DNA of 64,000 bases from a virus. Its lineage: Duplodnaviria > Caudoviricetes. Location: positions 9,936-73,935 of IMG/VR virus record IMGVR_UViG_3300032040_000005; one strand, 5' to 3'. Within the stretch, counting starts at the first letter, position 1. Every line of letters begins with the position of its first letter. Under the pieces are notes generated by a model. It was given only the letters and a program-made list of their open reading frames with translations. It was not told the DNA's origin and ran no database searches. The position numbers and the translations under genes are program-made. Below, piece by piece: positions 28,732-39,054 of this stretch.

Positions 28732-29778
28732 ATGGGTATCCCTGTAAAACTCCCAGATGCTCGGGAGATGATAGAGCAGTGCCTGTTCGCTAAGATCGTA
28801 CCGTATGTGACCGGACCACCTGCTTGTGGCAAGTCAGCCGTTGTCCATCAAATGGCGGAAGATTTTAACCTCAAACTGATCGACTTACGATTAGCGGGTG
28901 CTACCCCAGAAGATATGACGGGTTACGCACGAATCCACCCAGACCAGGATAAAGCCGGTCACGTACCCATGGATACTTTCCCCGTTGAAGGTGATCCTCT
29001 TCCCATTAACCCAGTTACTGGTGAGGCCTACAGCGGTTGGTTGCTGTTTCTGGATGAGCTACCACTCGCCAGCGATGACGTACTCAAAGCCTGCTACAAA
29101 CCCATACTCGATCACATGGTAGGTATCTACCCACTACATGAGCGCCTTGCCATTGTTGCCGCAGGTAACCGTGCAGAAGATAACGCCATGGCTGGTGATA
29201 TTGATAACACGGCTCTGCTTTCTCGCATGGCTCACATTGAAACCTGTGTTGATGTCCAAGCCTGGCTAGTGTGGGCACGTGCTAATGGCGTGGATTACCG
29301 CATCACCAGCTTTATCGAGCACAAACCTGATCTACTGTTTAAGTTTGATCCAGACAACGTGGACGTTACTTTTGCGTCCCCACGTACTTGGGAATTTACC
29401 AGCCGCCTTATCAAAACCAAAGATAAGTTGGTTCCGTTAGACAAAATACTCTTGTCAGGCGTGATCTCAGAAGGTGTAGCACGAGAGTTCTACGGATACA
29501 CCCAACTGGAACAAGACCTGCCCAAAATCGCTGACATCGTTGCCGACCCCCTAAACACAGAAGTCCCCAGGGACCCATCCTGTTTGTGGATGATCACAGG
29601 CATCTTAGGACACTACGCAGACGAGAATAACATTAAGAAACTCATGCAATACATTAACCGTATCGCACGTGAGTTCCAGTTTGTCACTATGCGGGAAGTG
29701 CTTGCACGCTCACCCACACTTCAACAACACCCTGCCTTGGATAGCTGGTTATTGGCCAATGGGCACGACCTGTTTTAA
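28732..29778 (+). CDS. MoxR-like AAA+ ATPase (N4 gp24-like)
   Basis: GPPACGKS (Walker A), LFLDE (Walker B), VAAGNR, ALLSR and SPRTW. Confidence 0.85.
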   Translation: MGIPVKLPDAREMIEQCLFAKIVPYVTGPPACGKSAVVHQMAEDFNLKLIDLRLAGATPEDMTGYARIHPDQDKAGHVPMDTFPVEGDPLPINPVTGEAYSGWLLFLDELPLASDDVLKACYKPILDHMVGIYPLHERLAIVAAGNRAEDNAMAGDIDNTALLSRMAHIETCVDVQAWLVWARANGVDYRITSFIEHKPDLLFKFDPDNVDVTFASPRTWEFTSRLIKTKDKLVPLDKILLSGVISEGVAREFYGYTQLEQDLPKIADIVADPLNTEVPRDPSCLWMITGILGHYADENNIKKLMQYINRIAREFQFVTMREVLARSPTLQQHPALDSWLLANGHDLF

Positions 29779-29791
29779 GGAGAACAGTTTT

Positions 29792-30301
29792 ATGTTCGTC
29801 CACGAGAAAGCACAGTTCTACGCCAAAGCTGCCCATACGGCCATCGGTCAAGTACGTAAGTACACCGGTGAGCCATACCACACACACCCAGAGGCCGTTG
29901 CTGAATTGGTACGGTATATAGGTGGGTCGCTTAACATGGTCGCAGCGGCACACTTGCACGACGTTATCGAGGATACGGAAATCACTGAGGAAGACTTGCT
30001 CCAAGACTTCAGCAAAGAAGTTGTTGATCTTGTTGTCTGGCTTAGTGATTTGCAGACACCCGATGTAGGTAATCGAAAAATCCGTAAGTACAACGAACGG
30101 TGCAAACTTGCCGAGGCTCCTGCCGAAGCACAGACCATCAAACTCGCTGACTTAATTCACAACTCATATTCCATCACCGCTCACGACCCTGAGTTTTCTA
30201 TTATCTATCTAAAAGAGATGCGTGCAACGCTGTCTGTCATGGCAAAAGGTGATAGCAGGTTGCATGACTTAGCCATGGAGATTGTTAACCGACCGGAGTA
30301 A
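29792..30301 (+). CDS. HD-domain small alarmone hydrolase (Mesh1/SpoT-HD-like)
   Basis: AH..QVRKYTGEPY..HP, HLHDVIED and IKLADLIHN; no synthetase domain. Confidence 0.8.
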   Translation: MFVHEKAQFYAKAAHTAIGQVRKYTGEPYHTHPEAVAELVRYIGGSLNMVAAAHLHDVIEDTEITEEDLLQDFSKEVVDLVVWLSDLQTPDVGNRKIRKYNERCKLAEAPAEAQTIKLADLIHNSYSITAHDPEFSIIYLKEMRATLSVMAKGDSRLHDLAMEIVNRPE

Positions 30302-30303
30302 TC

Positions 30304-31410
30304 ATGATTGAACAACAGAAACAACTGGATCATGCAAAGATTCAGTTGATGACGCACAAGAGTATGATTTTCATTACTTACGTGTGTTACTCACTTAAAC
30401 ACATCTGGGACGAGAGATTACCCTACTTTGCTGCCACTAACGGGGTGTACATAAAGTACAACCCAACGATGTGGTTGACGCTTGATGCGGATGAACAGTT
30501 ATTCGTTCTCCTACACGAAACCTGGCACGTGGCCTTCTCACACATGGCAAGACTGCACACACGGGACATGCTCAGATTCAATTACGCTGCGGATTACGTC
30601 ATCAATTACATGCTGGTTCAGTCAGGTTTCAAAATGCCGAAGGGTATGCTCTACGATGAACAATACGCGGGTATGTCTACCGAAGAAGTCTACGACCTAC
30701 TGACTCCAGAGGATTGTACTGACGACTCAGTGGGTGACCTGGAACCTTCCGGCGAAACAACGGATGAAATACGGGAAGCCAAAGAGAAGTTGGATGAGAT
30801 CCTGGTACGCGCCTCTATACACGCAAACTCGAAAAACATTGGTTCGGATGAAATACCCAGTGAAATCACCCTCTACATTGATTCACTCATCAACCCCACT
30901 GTGCCGTGGACACGCCTACTACGTCGGTTCGCATCAAAGCTGATTAAATCAGGACGGTCTTTCAAACGTCCCAACCGCAGATCGCCTAAAAACATCATAC
31001 TCCCTGTCCGTTTCACATCCGCACTCACAGACATAGCGATTGCGGGGGATATATCTGGGTCAGTCACTGACAAGACCTTCACACAGTATCTCTCAGAAGC
31101 GTACTACGTGCTGTCCAAGCTCAAGCCTACCAGCATGACGTTTATACAATTCGACACCGTGTTGCAGCAGGTGGACGTAGTTACGGACGTTAAAGAACTG
31201 ATGGACGTAAAGCTCCACGGCAGAGGTGGTACGAAGATTGATCCAGTTATTGACTGGGCTGCGGAGAACAAGCCTAACGTCATCGTTATCTTAACCGACG
31301 GAATGTTCTACTTACACCGTCCTGATCCTGGAGTACCCGTTATCTGGGCCATCAGTGACAACCCTCATTTCACAGCGCCTTTCGGGACTGTGATTCATTT
31401 AAAAACATAA
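30304..31410 (+). CDS. Metallopeptidase plus VWA-like protein (N4 gp25-like)
   Basis: HETWH (HExxH), DISGS MIDAS, GRGGT and LTDG. Confidence 0.85.
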   Translation: MIEQQKQLDHAKIQLMTHKSMIFITYVCYSLKHIWDERLPYFAATNGVYIKYNPTMWLTLDADEQLFVLLHETWHVAFSHMARLHTRDMLRFNYAADYVINYMLVQSGFKMPKGMLYDEQYAGMSTEEVYDLLTPEDCTDDSVGDLEPSGETTDEIREAKEKLDEILVRASIHANSKNIGSDEIPSEITLYIDSLINPTVPWTRLLRRFASKLIKSGRSFKRPNRRSPKNIILPVRFTSALTDIAIAGDISGSVTDKTFTQYLSEAYYVLSKLKPTSMTFIQFDTVLQQVDVVTDVKELMDVKLHGRGGTKIDPVIDWAAENKPNVIVILTDGMFYLHRPDPGVPVIWAISDNPHFTAPFGTVIHLKT

Positions 31411-31421
31411 AGGTAAGCCTC

Positions 31422-32666
31422 ATGGGTATCACACTAACCGAAGGACAACAGACCGCTTATGAGGATTTTGCGAAATTCATCCTGAGCGACGATCAAACAG
31501 TATTTGTTTTAGAAGGGTACAGCGGAACCGGTAAAACCACACTGGTTGAACGCATCCTGGAGTTTGTTCCTAAACTTCTAGAAGACTACAAGACGGCTCA
31601 CCCTACCAACCCCATTACCTGGGAGATTGCTCTTACCGCGACCACCAACAAAGCGGCTGAGGCTTTCTCGCACATCACAGGCGAGGAAGTCAGGACCATC
31701 CACAGCACCCTGGGCCTGCGTGTCCATAAGGACTTCAAAACAGGCATCACATCCCTGAAATTCCGTGGGAATGCGGAGTCTGTTTTTAACACCATCCTGT
31801 TTATTGACGAAGCCAGTTACATCGACAAGGCGCTACTAAGTCTGATCTTTGAGGGGACAGAAGACTGCAAAATTGTCTTCATAGGGGACCCTGCACAACT
31901 GCTCACAGTGGGCTGTACCAAGTCTCCTGTATTCGGCCAGGGCTTCCCTACTGCCAAACTCACAGAGGTGGTCAGACAAGCCAAGGGCAACCCTATCATT
32001 GAACTGGCGACAGAGTTTCGTAACACCGTTAACACCGGTGATTTCTTCAGTTTCGTACCTGACGGTGTACACATTCAGGTATTGGATCGAGACACGTTTG
32101 AAGCGGAAATCATCAAAGAGTTTGATGACCCTACCTGGGTGCATAACCGATCCAAGGTGCTGGCATGGACGAACAAAACCGTCATCCAGTACAACCACGC
32201 TATACGCGATGTCGTGAAAGGTGCCCCGGATTTCATAGACGGTGATTACGCAATCTGCAACTCCTACGTAGCCCATAAGAAAGGCGGTATCAAGACCGAC
32301 CAACTGGTGTGCATCACAGACATTGAAGATGGCGTCAGTAAAGAAGGCGTGCCTGGCAGACTGTACACACTGGATCACGAATACAGTTTCTTCATGCCCA
32401 TCAACATTGAAGACAAAAAGGCGTTACAGAAACAGGCAAAGGCAGCTTCCAATTACAAACTTCTCTCCATGATAGATGGATGGATTGACTTACGTGCGGC
32501 TTACGCATGTACCATTAATAAAGCACAGGGTTCTACTTACGATAAAGTATTCATAGACCTTGACGACATTAAAAAATGCAACAGTGGTAATCAAATTGCA
32601 CGGATGCTGTACGTAGGCGTTAGTCGGGCAAGGCTCATTGTTTACTTATGTGGTGACCTTATTTAA
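31422..32666 (+). CDS. Dda/RecD-like SF1 DNA helicase
   Basis: GYSGTGKT, FIDEAS, GDPAQL, VVRQ, KAQGSTY and YVGVSRA. Confidence 0.9.
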   Translation: MGITLTEGQQTAYEDFAKFILSDDQTVFVLEGYSGTGKTTLVERILEFVPKLLEDYKTAHPTNPITWEIALTATTNKAAEAFSHITGEEVRTIHSTLGLRVHKDFKTGITSLKFRGNAESVFNTILFIDEASYIDKALLSLIFEGTEDCKIVFIGDPAQLLTVGCTKSPVFGQGFPTAKLTEVVRQAKGNPIIELATEFRNTVNTGDFFSFVPDGVHIQVLDRDTFEAEIIKEFDDPTWVHNRSKVLAWTNKTVIQYNHAIRDVVKGAPDFIDGDYAICNSYVAHKKGGIKTDQLVCITDIEDGVSKEGVPGRLYTLDHEYSFFMPINIEDKKALQKQAKAASNYKLLSMIDGWIDLRAAYACTINKAQGSTYDKVFIDLDDIKKCNSGNQIARMLYVGVSRARLIVYLCGDLI

Positions 32667-32681
32667 TTCGAGGCGTTTATC

Positions 32682-33200
32682 ATGGCAGAGGAACTGTTAT
32701 ACGATCCTAAAACAAAACAAGCAATCAAAGATCTACTGTTTGCTTTTCTATACGATCCCGCTAAGGACGCTCTAAGAAAGCGCCTTAAAGTGATCATCAT
32801 CAACAATTCGCACTTACACGGTAATGCACAAAACTGGCTCTCTTACAAAGGTGAAAGCTACTCGTATGGGTCACAACACAGAACCAGACCTATGAACAGG
32901 TTGAAAGAGTCTCTTAAACCCATCATGGATGATTACGTCAGCGACCTGGCTTACATCAATGAAAACGAGTTACCCTACGTACTTGGTTTCATAAACCAGA
33001 CACTGAATGCTTCCAGCAGTCTTCAGGACTATTTAACAATATTCCCTCAGTCTATTCATAAACCCTTAAAAGGGTTGATTGATAATTGTGGGTGCAGAGT
33101 AAATAAACTCACACCCGAGACTGTTGAAGACATCAAGACACGTAATGAAACACCCATCGCAATGATGAAAAAACGAATGGTACTCAACCTGCTTCTATAG
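32682..33200 (+). CDS. Conserved N4-like protein upstream of the DNA polymerase
   Basis: 172 aa; synteny. Confidence 0.55.
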   Translation: MAEELLYDPKTKQAIKDLLFAFLYDPAKDALRKRLKVIIINNSHLHGNAQNWLSYKGESYSYGSQHRTRPMNRLKESLKPIMDDYVSDLAYINENELPYVLGFINQTLNASSSLQDYLTIFPQSIHKPLKGLIDNCGCRVNKLTPETVEDIKTRNETPIAMMKKRMVLNLLL

Positions 33201-33229
33201 GGGTTCTTGCCCTACCCCATGAGGCACTT

Positions 33230-35890
33230 ATGCGGCACATTGTCTTCGAAGAATCAGACGCACATCCCATAGCCCTTCTAATCAAAGCATCTGCTTTTGA
33301 TCGCACTGAAATAGAAGCTACGTACATGCCTACGTTAATCAATAACGGTATACCTAAGCGTGACGTAGTGGTTATGAGTCTTGCTTATAACCAAGCAGGT
33401 AAGGCACCCACCAAGTACATTGCAAATTACCTGGAAGATCTCTTACCGGCTTTGGACAGTATTGGTACAAAGGTTATCTATTGTGCCGATGCTGCCTACT
33501 TTAATGCCCTCACCAAAGGCAAGAAAGCATCATCAAACCTGGGTTACGTTAACCCTTGTAAAATGCTTGGGTACGAGCACATGGAAGTCATCCTGGGCGT
33601 GAACCACAAGTCCCTGATGTACAACCCAGCCAACGAACCCAAACTCACTATGTCCCTTCAGACTCTGGTGGATCATGTGGGTGGCCAGCACGTTGACCCG
33701 GGTAAAGACGTTATCAAGTATGCGTATTACCCAGACACTCTTGCAGACATTCAGACTGCACTCAATGGATTGCACATCTATGACGAACTCACCTGTGACA
33801 TTGAAACCTTCAGCTTGCGATTTAACGAAGCAGGAGTGGGGACTGCTTCGTTTTGTTGGAATGAGCATGAAGGGATCTCCTTCGCCGTGGACTATGTACC
33901 CCTTCCAGAGAGAAATGATCAGGGCCATTATGGCGAGCAAGTCCACAACCCAGAAATCAAGCGGATGCTCCGTGAGTTCTTCGAGTCCTACAAAGGTACG
34001 TTTACGTGGCACAACAGTCCTTTCGATACCAAGATACTGATCTACGAACTGTGGATGCAGAATCTGCTGGACATCAAAGGCATGTTGGATGGTTTGCACG
34101 TGCTGCACAGCCGAATCCATGACACCAAGATCATCGCGTACCTGGCCACCAATACGACCGCCGGTAACAAGCTCAGCCTGAAGGATCTGGCTCATGAGTT
34201 TGCAGGCAACTACGGTATGGGCGACGAGATCAAGGATATTCGTTTAATCCCACTGCCCAAGCTGTTGGAATACAATCTGACGGATGGTTTGTGTACCTGG
34301 TTCGTCAGGAACAAGTACCAGCCCATGATGATCGCTGACCTACAGGATGAGATCTATCAGGACATCATGATGCCTTCCCAGAAGGTCATCACACAGATGG
34401 AACTGACGGGTATGCCTCTGAATCCTGACAAGGTTCAGTACGCACGTAGAAAGTTGGAAGGTATCAAGGCTGAGCAAGAGAAGGCCTTTGTCGATCACCC
34501 TGTCATACGCGCTCTGGAGAAAAAGCTTACGTACCAGGCCTGGGATAAAGACTTCACAGACCGCAGGGACAAGGCTAAGAATCCTGACAAGATTCTGCCG
34601 AAAGATCGAGCCAACTTCCCAAACACAGCCTTCAATCCCAACTCCAATCAGCAGTTGCAGAAACTGTTGTATGAAGAGATGGGCCTACCTGTCATCGACA
34701 AAACGAAGACTAAGCAGCCTGCAACCGGTGCCAAGACCGTCGTTAAGTTGTTGAACCATACCGATAACCAGGAGTACATCCGTACCCTTGAAGCCGTCAT
34801 GGCCTGGTCACAGGCTGAGAAAGTTCTGTCCACCTTCATTACGGCTTTCGAGCGAGCCATTGATAAAGGGGATGGTGTTGTCTATCTACACGGTAGCTTC
34901 AATTTGGGCGGGACGGTCTCTGGTAGATTAAGCAGTTCGCAACCTAACCTCCAGAATCTGCCTTCGGGCTCAGTACATGGAAAATTAATAAAAGAGTGTT
35001 TCGAGGCACCACATGGCAGTCTCTTTGTTGGTGCAGATTTCAACTCACTTGAGGATTATATCTCAGCACTCACAACCGGAGACCCCAATAAACTAGCTGT
35101 ATATTTATCTGGGTACGACGGACATTGCTTACGCGCCTTTTCCTATTTTCCTGAAAAGTTACCGGGGATTATTGACACAGTTGATTCAATTAACTCAATC
35201 AAAAAGAAATTTCCTGAAATACGTCAACTATCAAAGACGCCAACGTTTGCTTTAACTTATTCGGGTACTTACATCACATTGATGAAAAACCTCGGATTTG
35301 ATAAAGAGACTGCTAAAAAGATCGAGGCTGCATACCATGAGTTGTATCAGGTCAGTGATGCGTGGGTACAGGCTAAGTTGGATCAGGCTTCTATTGATGG
35401 CTACGTAACGGTGGCCTTCGGCTTGCGCCTACGCACACCGTTACTGGGTCAGATTATTCGTGGGAGAGGAAGAGTTCCCTACGAAGCAGAAGCCGAAGGA
35501 CGTACTGCGGGCAACGCGCTTGGACAATCTTATGGAATACTTAATAACAGGGCAATGAATGAATTTATGTCCCGCGTTTGGAACAGTAGATTCTGTTACG
35601 ACATTAAGCCTGTTGCTATGATTCATGACTCGATATATCTTCTAATAAGCGACAATATTGATGTTGTAGAGTGGGTTAATAAAGAACTTATAAAAGCCAT
35701 GAAGTGGCAAGACCTTCCTGAATTGAAACACGATAGTGTTAAATTAGGTGCTGAGTTGGACATTCACTACACGAATTGGAGTCAACCAGTAACCATCCCA
35801 AATAACGCAACAACATCTGAAATCCGTAAATTATGTAATGAGGGGAAACATGCCTATGAAAAAAAGATGCAGGAGGTGCGAGCAGCATAA
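33230..35890 (+). CDS. DNA polymerase, family A (N4 gp39-like)
   Basis: Exonuclease CDIET; GTVSGRLSS..PNLQN, GADFNSLE, RQLSKTPTFALTY and MIHDS. Confidence 0.93.
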   Translation: MRHIVFEESDAHPIALLIKASAFDRTEIEATYMPTLINNGIPKRDVVVMSLAYNQAGKAPTKYIANYLEDLLPALDSIGTKVIYCADAAYFNALTKGKKASSNLGYVNPCKMLGYEHMEVILGVNHKSLMYNPANEPKLTMSLQTLVDHVGGQHVDPGKDVIKYAYYPDTLADIQTALNGLHIYDELTCDIETFSLRFNEAGVGTASFCWNEHEGISFAVDYVPLPERNDQGHYGEQVHNPEIKRMLREFFESYKGTFTWHNSPFDTKILIYELWMQNLLDIKGMLDGLHVLHSRIHDTKIIAYLATNTTAGNKLSLKDLAHEFAGNYGMGDEIKDIRLIPLPKLLEYNLTDGLCTWFVRNKYQPMMIADLQDEIYQDIMMPSQKVITQMELTGMPLNPDKVQYARRKLEGIKAEQEKAFVDHPVIRALEKKLTYQAWDKDFTDRRDKAKNPDKILPKDRANFPNTAFNPNSNQQLQKLLYEEMGLPVIDKTKTKQPATGAKTVVKLLNHTDNQEYIRTLEAVMAWSQAEKVLSTFITAFERAIDKGDGVVYLHGSFNLGGTVSGRLSSSQPNLQNLPSGSVHGKLIKECFEAPHGSLFVGADFNSLEDYISALTTGDPNKLAVYLSGYDGHCLRAFSYFPEKLPGIIDTVDSINSIKKKFPEIRQLSKTPTFALTYSGTYITLMKNLGFDKETAKKIEAAYHELYQVSDAWVQAKLDQASIDGYVTVAFGLRLRTPLLGQIIRGRGRVPYEAEAEGRTAGNALGQSYGILNNRAMNEFMSRVWNSRFCYDIKPVAMIHDSIYLLISDNIDVVEWVNKELIKAMKWQDLPELKHDSVKLGAELDIHYTNWSQPVTIPNNATTSEIRKLCNEGKHAYEKKMQEVRAA

Positions 35891-36473
35891 ATCATTCGAT
35901 GCTTTTTCTGTAGCTTCCTCCAACGCTGATGGGTACACAAACACATGTAAACCGTGTGTTTGTGTACGTAACCGTGAATACTGGCGAACTCCAAAGGGGC
36001 GTATCAGTTACATACATAATAGCCAACGGTCTTCATCATTAGTCCGTAACCATCCTGCGCCTACATACTCAATTACTGAGTTATACCATTGGGCTGATGA
36101 TAACGGGTTATTAGCACTTGTTCGGTCTTGGGCCAAAGCTGGTTATCCAAAGCGGTTAGCTCCTTCTGTAGACCGACTTGACGATGAGTTTGGTTATTCA
36201 TTAACAAACATACGTTTGGTTACTTGGGAACAGAATAATGAAAAAGCCTATGCAGACCGTAAAAGCTGTAAACGGATAACCAAACAAAACCGAAAGATCC
36301 AACAGTTAACGATGTGTGGGATGTCGATAGCCACATTCGATTCAATAGCACAAGCTAGTAGGATCACAGGCGTCACACGTACAAACATATCTCCCGCTGC
36401 TAACCCAAATCACCCATGTACCCAGGCAGGTAACTATGTTTGGCGTTATCACGTCGAACCTATAGAGGAATAG
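35850..36473 (+). CDS. Free-standing HNH-like homing endonuclease with C-terminal NUMOD1-like domain
   Basis: N-terminal CxxC...CxxC, PSVDRLD..GY...NIRLVTW...N, FDSIAQASRITG...YVWRY. Overlaps the pol stop. Confidence 0.7.
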   Translation: MPMKKRCRRCEQHKSFDAFSVASSNADGYTNTCKPCVCVRNREYWRTPKGRISYIHNSQRSSSLVRNHPAPTYSITELYHWADDNGLLALVRSWAKAGYPKRLAPSVDRLDDEFGYSLTNIRLVTWEQNNEKAYADRKSCKRITKQNRKIQQLTMCGMSIATFDSIAQASRITGVTRTNISPAANPNHPCTQAGNYVWRYHVEPIEE

Positions 36474-36476
36474 TTT

Positions 36477-36812
36477 ATGAGAGCACTACTTGTAACATCG
36501 GAAAGCATTTCAGAAGTCCTCCTTGATCCAGAAGACATACTGGAGTCCATGTACGGACATTTAAACTGCGACCTAGTAGAGGGTGCAGGCTATCCAGACC
36601 ACACACACGCAGCCTGGGCAGATGAAGAAGGCATGTTCAAACTCTGTGACGGGTTTCAGGTCAACAACGTCAAGTGGGTACCTGGCGGGCAGTTCGTAGG
36701 TAAGTTACTGGTTACAGGCTTTGATGCTGATACCGGCGATACCACTGCTGCCACCATGAGTGTTGATGATCTTCAATCCATGATTCATACAGGAGAGCTT
36801 CGATTTGGTTAA
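36477..36812 (+). CDS. Hypothetical protein
   Basis: 111 aa with a DEEG motif. Confidence 0.55.
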   Translation: MRALLVTSESISEVLLDPEDILESMYGHLNCDLVEGAGYPDHTHAAWADEEGMFKLCDGFQVNNVKWVPGGQFVGKLLVTGFDADTGDTTAATMSVDDLQSMIHTGELRFG

Positions 36813-37047
36813 ATTCTATATCTATTCCACACCCAACTGTTCCTTCTGTACCCGAGCCAAAAAGCTGGCTGAACAGAGAGGGCTTCAGTACAAAGTCATC
36901 GACCTGACCCAAGATGAGTCTGCTAAAGCGTGGTTCAAATCCCAAGGCTTCAAAACTGTCCCTCAGATATACGCCGGTGCTGAATACATTGGCGGGTATT
37001 CTGAGCTAGTGTCTTACGTTAAAACAGAAGAGATTCATCACACATGA
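36805..37047 (+). CDS. Glutaredoxin
   Basis: CSFC active site, TVPQI and IGGY. Confidence 0.9.
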   Translation: MVKFYIYSTPNCSFCTRAKKLAEQRGLQYKVIDLTQDESAKAWFKSQGFKTVPQIYAGAEYIGGYSELVSYVKTEEIHHT

Positions 37048-37274
37048 TCACTCAAGCTGCTATTGCACTATTCGGTTTAACCGCCATTTGGTTCTCACAA
37101 TCTGGTAAACCCAAGCAACGAAAGTGGGCACCTGTACTCGGATTGTGTAGTCAACCTTTCTGGTTCTACGCAACCTATTCAGCTGAGCAATGGGGCATCT
37201 TTGTATTGGCCGCATTCTATACCCTGGCTTGGTGCCGTGGTATCAAAACACATTGGTTTACGGAACCGACATGA
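37044..37274 (+). CDS. Small membrane protein
   Basis: 76 aa, about three hydrophobic segments. Confidence 0.55.
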   Translation: MITQAAIALFGLTAIWFSQSGKPKQRKWAPVLGLCSQPFWFYATYSAEQWGIFVLAAFYTLAWCRGIKTHWFTEPT

Positions 37275-37765
37275 TAAAGCCACATAAAGTTAAGTTCCAT
37301 CCCTTCTACTGGGCCATTGTAGAGGCCGCAGCAGCACAGTCTGTTGCAACCCGACATAAGGTAGGGGCTGTGCTTGTAATGCCTACAGGCATGATCTCAA
37401 CCGGCTGGAATGGTTCTCCATCAGGACTCCCTGATGAATGCGAGACTTGGGATGATACGCTTCAGCGATACAAAACAAAGCCAGAGACTGTTCACGCTGA
37501 GAGGAATGCAATAGACAAGATGACGCGTGAAGGTGTGTCCACCAAAGGCTCTGTATTGTTTGTCACGCGTGCACCTTGCTTTGAATGTGCTAAGGCACTC
37601 ATGGGCCTGGGCCTGGAAGCGGTGTATTACCGTGAGGAACACGATGATATGCGTGGACTGGAACTACTTCACCATGCCGGTATTCGCACAGATCATGAAG
37701 CACCGCCTGTAGTGCGACCACCACCACCACCCACTAAACCTGAGCGATACAACTTAGCGGCTTAG
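37271..37765 (+). CDS. dCMP deaminase
   Basis: KVGAV, TGWNG, HAERNAI and APCFECAK zinc-deaminase motifs. Confidence 0.9.
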   Translation: MIKPHKVKFHPFYWAIVEAAAAQSVATRHKVGAVLVMPTGMISTGWNGSPSGLPDECETWDDTLQRYKTKPETVHAERNAIDKMTREGVSTKGSVLFVTRAPCFECAKALMGLGLEAVYYREEHDDMRGLELLHHAGIRTDHEAPPVVRPPPPPTKPERYNLAA

Positions 37766-37810
37766 AAGTCCTCCGGCCTTTCTATGCTTTTTTGGATTAA
37801 GGAACCTACC

Positions 37811-38050
37811 ATGCTATTCCACACCACAGTGGATGGCATCCCCTGCCAGTGCCTTGTTACCGCGTACTACCCTTCTATACCGATGCGTATTACCGGCTCG
37901 GGTATGGGCGATGCTGACCCACCTGAAGATGAAGTCTTTGAATACACTCTCTATGACCGTAAAGGTTATCCAGCACCCTGGCTTGAGAGTAAATTAACCC
38001 GTGACGATGATGATCGTCTTCTTACCGAATACAAACAATTGGATCACTAA
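37811..38050 (+). CDS. Hypothetical protein
   Basis: AAGGAA RBS, 79 aa. Confidence 0.55.
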   Translation: MLFHTTVDGIPCQCLVTAYYPSIPMRITGSGMGDADPPEDEVFEYTLYDRKGYPAPWLESKLTRDDDDRLLTEYKQLDH

Positions 38051-38053
38051 ATT

Positions 38054-38263
38054 ATGTTGCTCAAAGATATGCTGAAAATTATTCACCGCCGTGTACGTCA
38101 AGACTGTTTTATGGATGTCGTAGAAGAGTCTGGTAATTCCGTTACCACCGTATGGAAATGGCGTAATGATCCACCTGATAAACCAAGTCTATTGGTTTTC
38201 TCACGATTTGCTCGTTACTGCGGGCTGAACCCTACAATTGATCAACTGGGAGAATTGCAGTGA
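38054..38263 (+). CDS. Small XRE/Cro-like HTH protein
   Basis: VVEESGNSVTTVWKWR...PS HTH-like pattern. Confidence 0.45.
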   Translation: MLLKDMLKIIHRRVRQDCFMDVVEESGNSVTTVWKWRNDPPDKPSLLVFSRFARYCGLNPTIDQLGELQ

Positions 38264-38655
38264 ACAATAAGGATACGATTCTACATACCGAAAAGATCCG
38301 CAATCGTTTGATTGATATGTCTAACGCTGTCTTGGTTTCACTAGATGTAGCCGGTTTGTTTGTCTTACGGGCGGAAGATTATGAACTACGTAAAAATATT
38401 GAAAAAGGTTATGAGGCTTTATGTGACGCACAACAGTTCTTCAATAAAGCAGATGCCCTCAATGCCGAGCGAGCCAATGCTGCTCAAGCTGCCCTTACTT
38501 ACCAGACTCAACAACAAGCAGACAAGGGTCCTAGCTTTCATCGCAGTGAGCTTATTGCAAAAATCGCGGAAGCCATGGCCTCTGCTGATACTGGATCTGT
38601 TACTACTATTAAGATCCGCTCAGGGGGATACACAGTTAACACCAAGACTGGTTAA
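38260..38655 (+). CDS. Hypothetical protein
   Basis: 131 aa with a GTG start. Confidence 0.5.
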   Translation: MNNKDTILHTEKIRNRLIDMSNAVLVSLDVAGLFVLRAEDYELRKNIEKGYEALCDAQQFFNKADALNAERANAAQAALTYQTQQQADKGPSFHRSELIAKIAEAMASADTGSVTTIKIRSGGYTVNTKTG

Positions 38656-38764
38656 ACTTACTAAGTAGAACCAGTATTACTTATAAGTTTACTTCACCCC
38701 TTTCATCTGTGATTGTTATTGATTAGTATACTAATACTCAAATAAACCTATTAGGAACTTATCA

Positions 38765-38980
38765 ATGGCAATTGCTATCCCCTCAAAGTTTGACTTGCAT
38801 ACAGACAGCGTCATTATCGGACACGCTGAAATCGTTTCTGTTTACAGGAAGGGCAGACTTCATTGGGCTTTACCTGGTAGTGGTTACACCACATCTAAAG
38901 TATTTGCGACTACTTATGCAGGGCGACTTAATCGTATGATCCTGCGTAATATGGAACGTCTTAACACCAACCTGCTCTAA
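38765..38980 (+). CDS. Hypothetical protein
   Basis: 71 aa; WALPGSG motif. Confidence 0.55.
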   Translation: MAIAIPSKFDLHTDSVIIGHAEIVSVYRKGRLHWALPGSGYTTSKVFATTYAGRLNRMILRNMERLNTNLL

Positions 38981-39007
38981 CCAGATTTACCTACATTCGT
39001 ATAACAC

Positions 39008-39035
39008 AGAACTTACAATACGTAAGTTCTTTTTT
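39008..39035 (+). terminator. Rho-independent terminator
   Basis: AGAACTTAC-AATAC-GTAAGTTCT followed by T tract. Confidence 0.65.
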
Positions 39036-39054
39036 ACGCGTCTAGGAATTTATT

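Noticed and set aside
33230-35890. Intron or intein in DNA polymerase or RNR
   Set aside because: Both ORFs are continuous, of normal length and lack splicing motifs.
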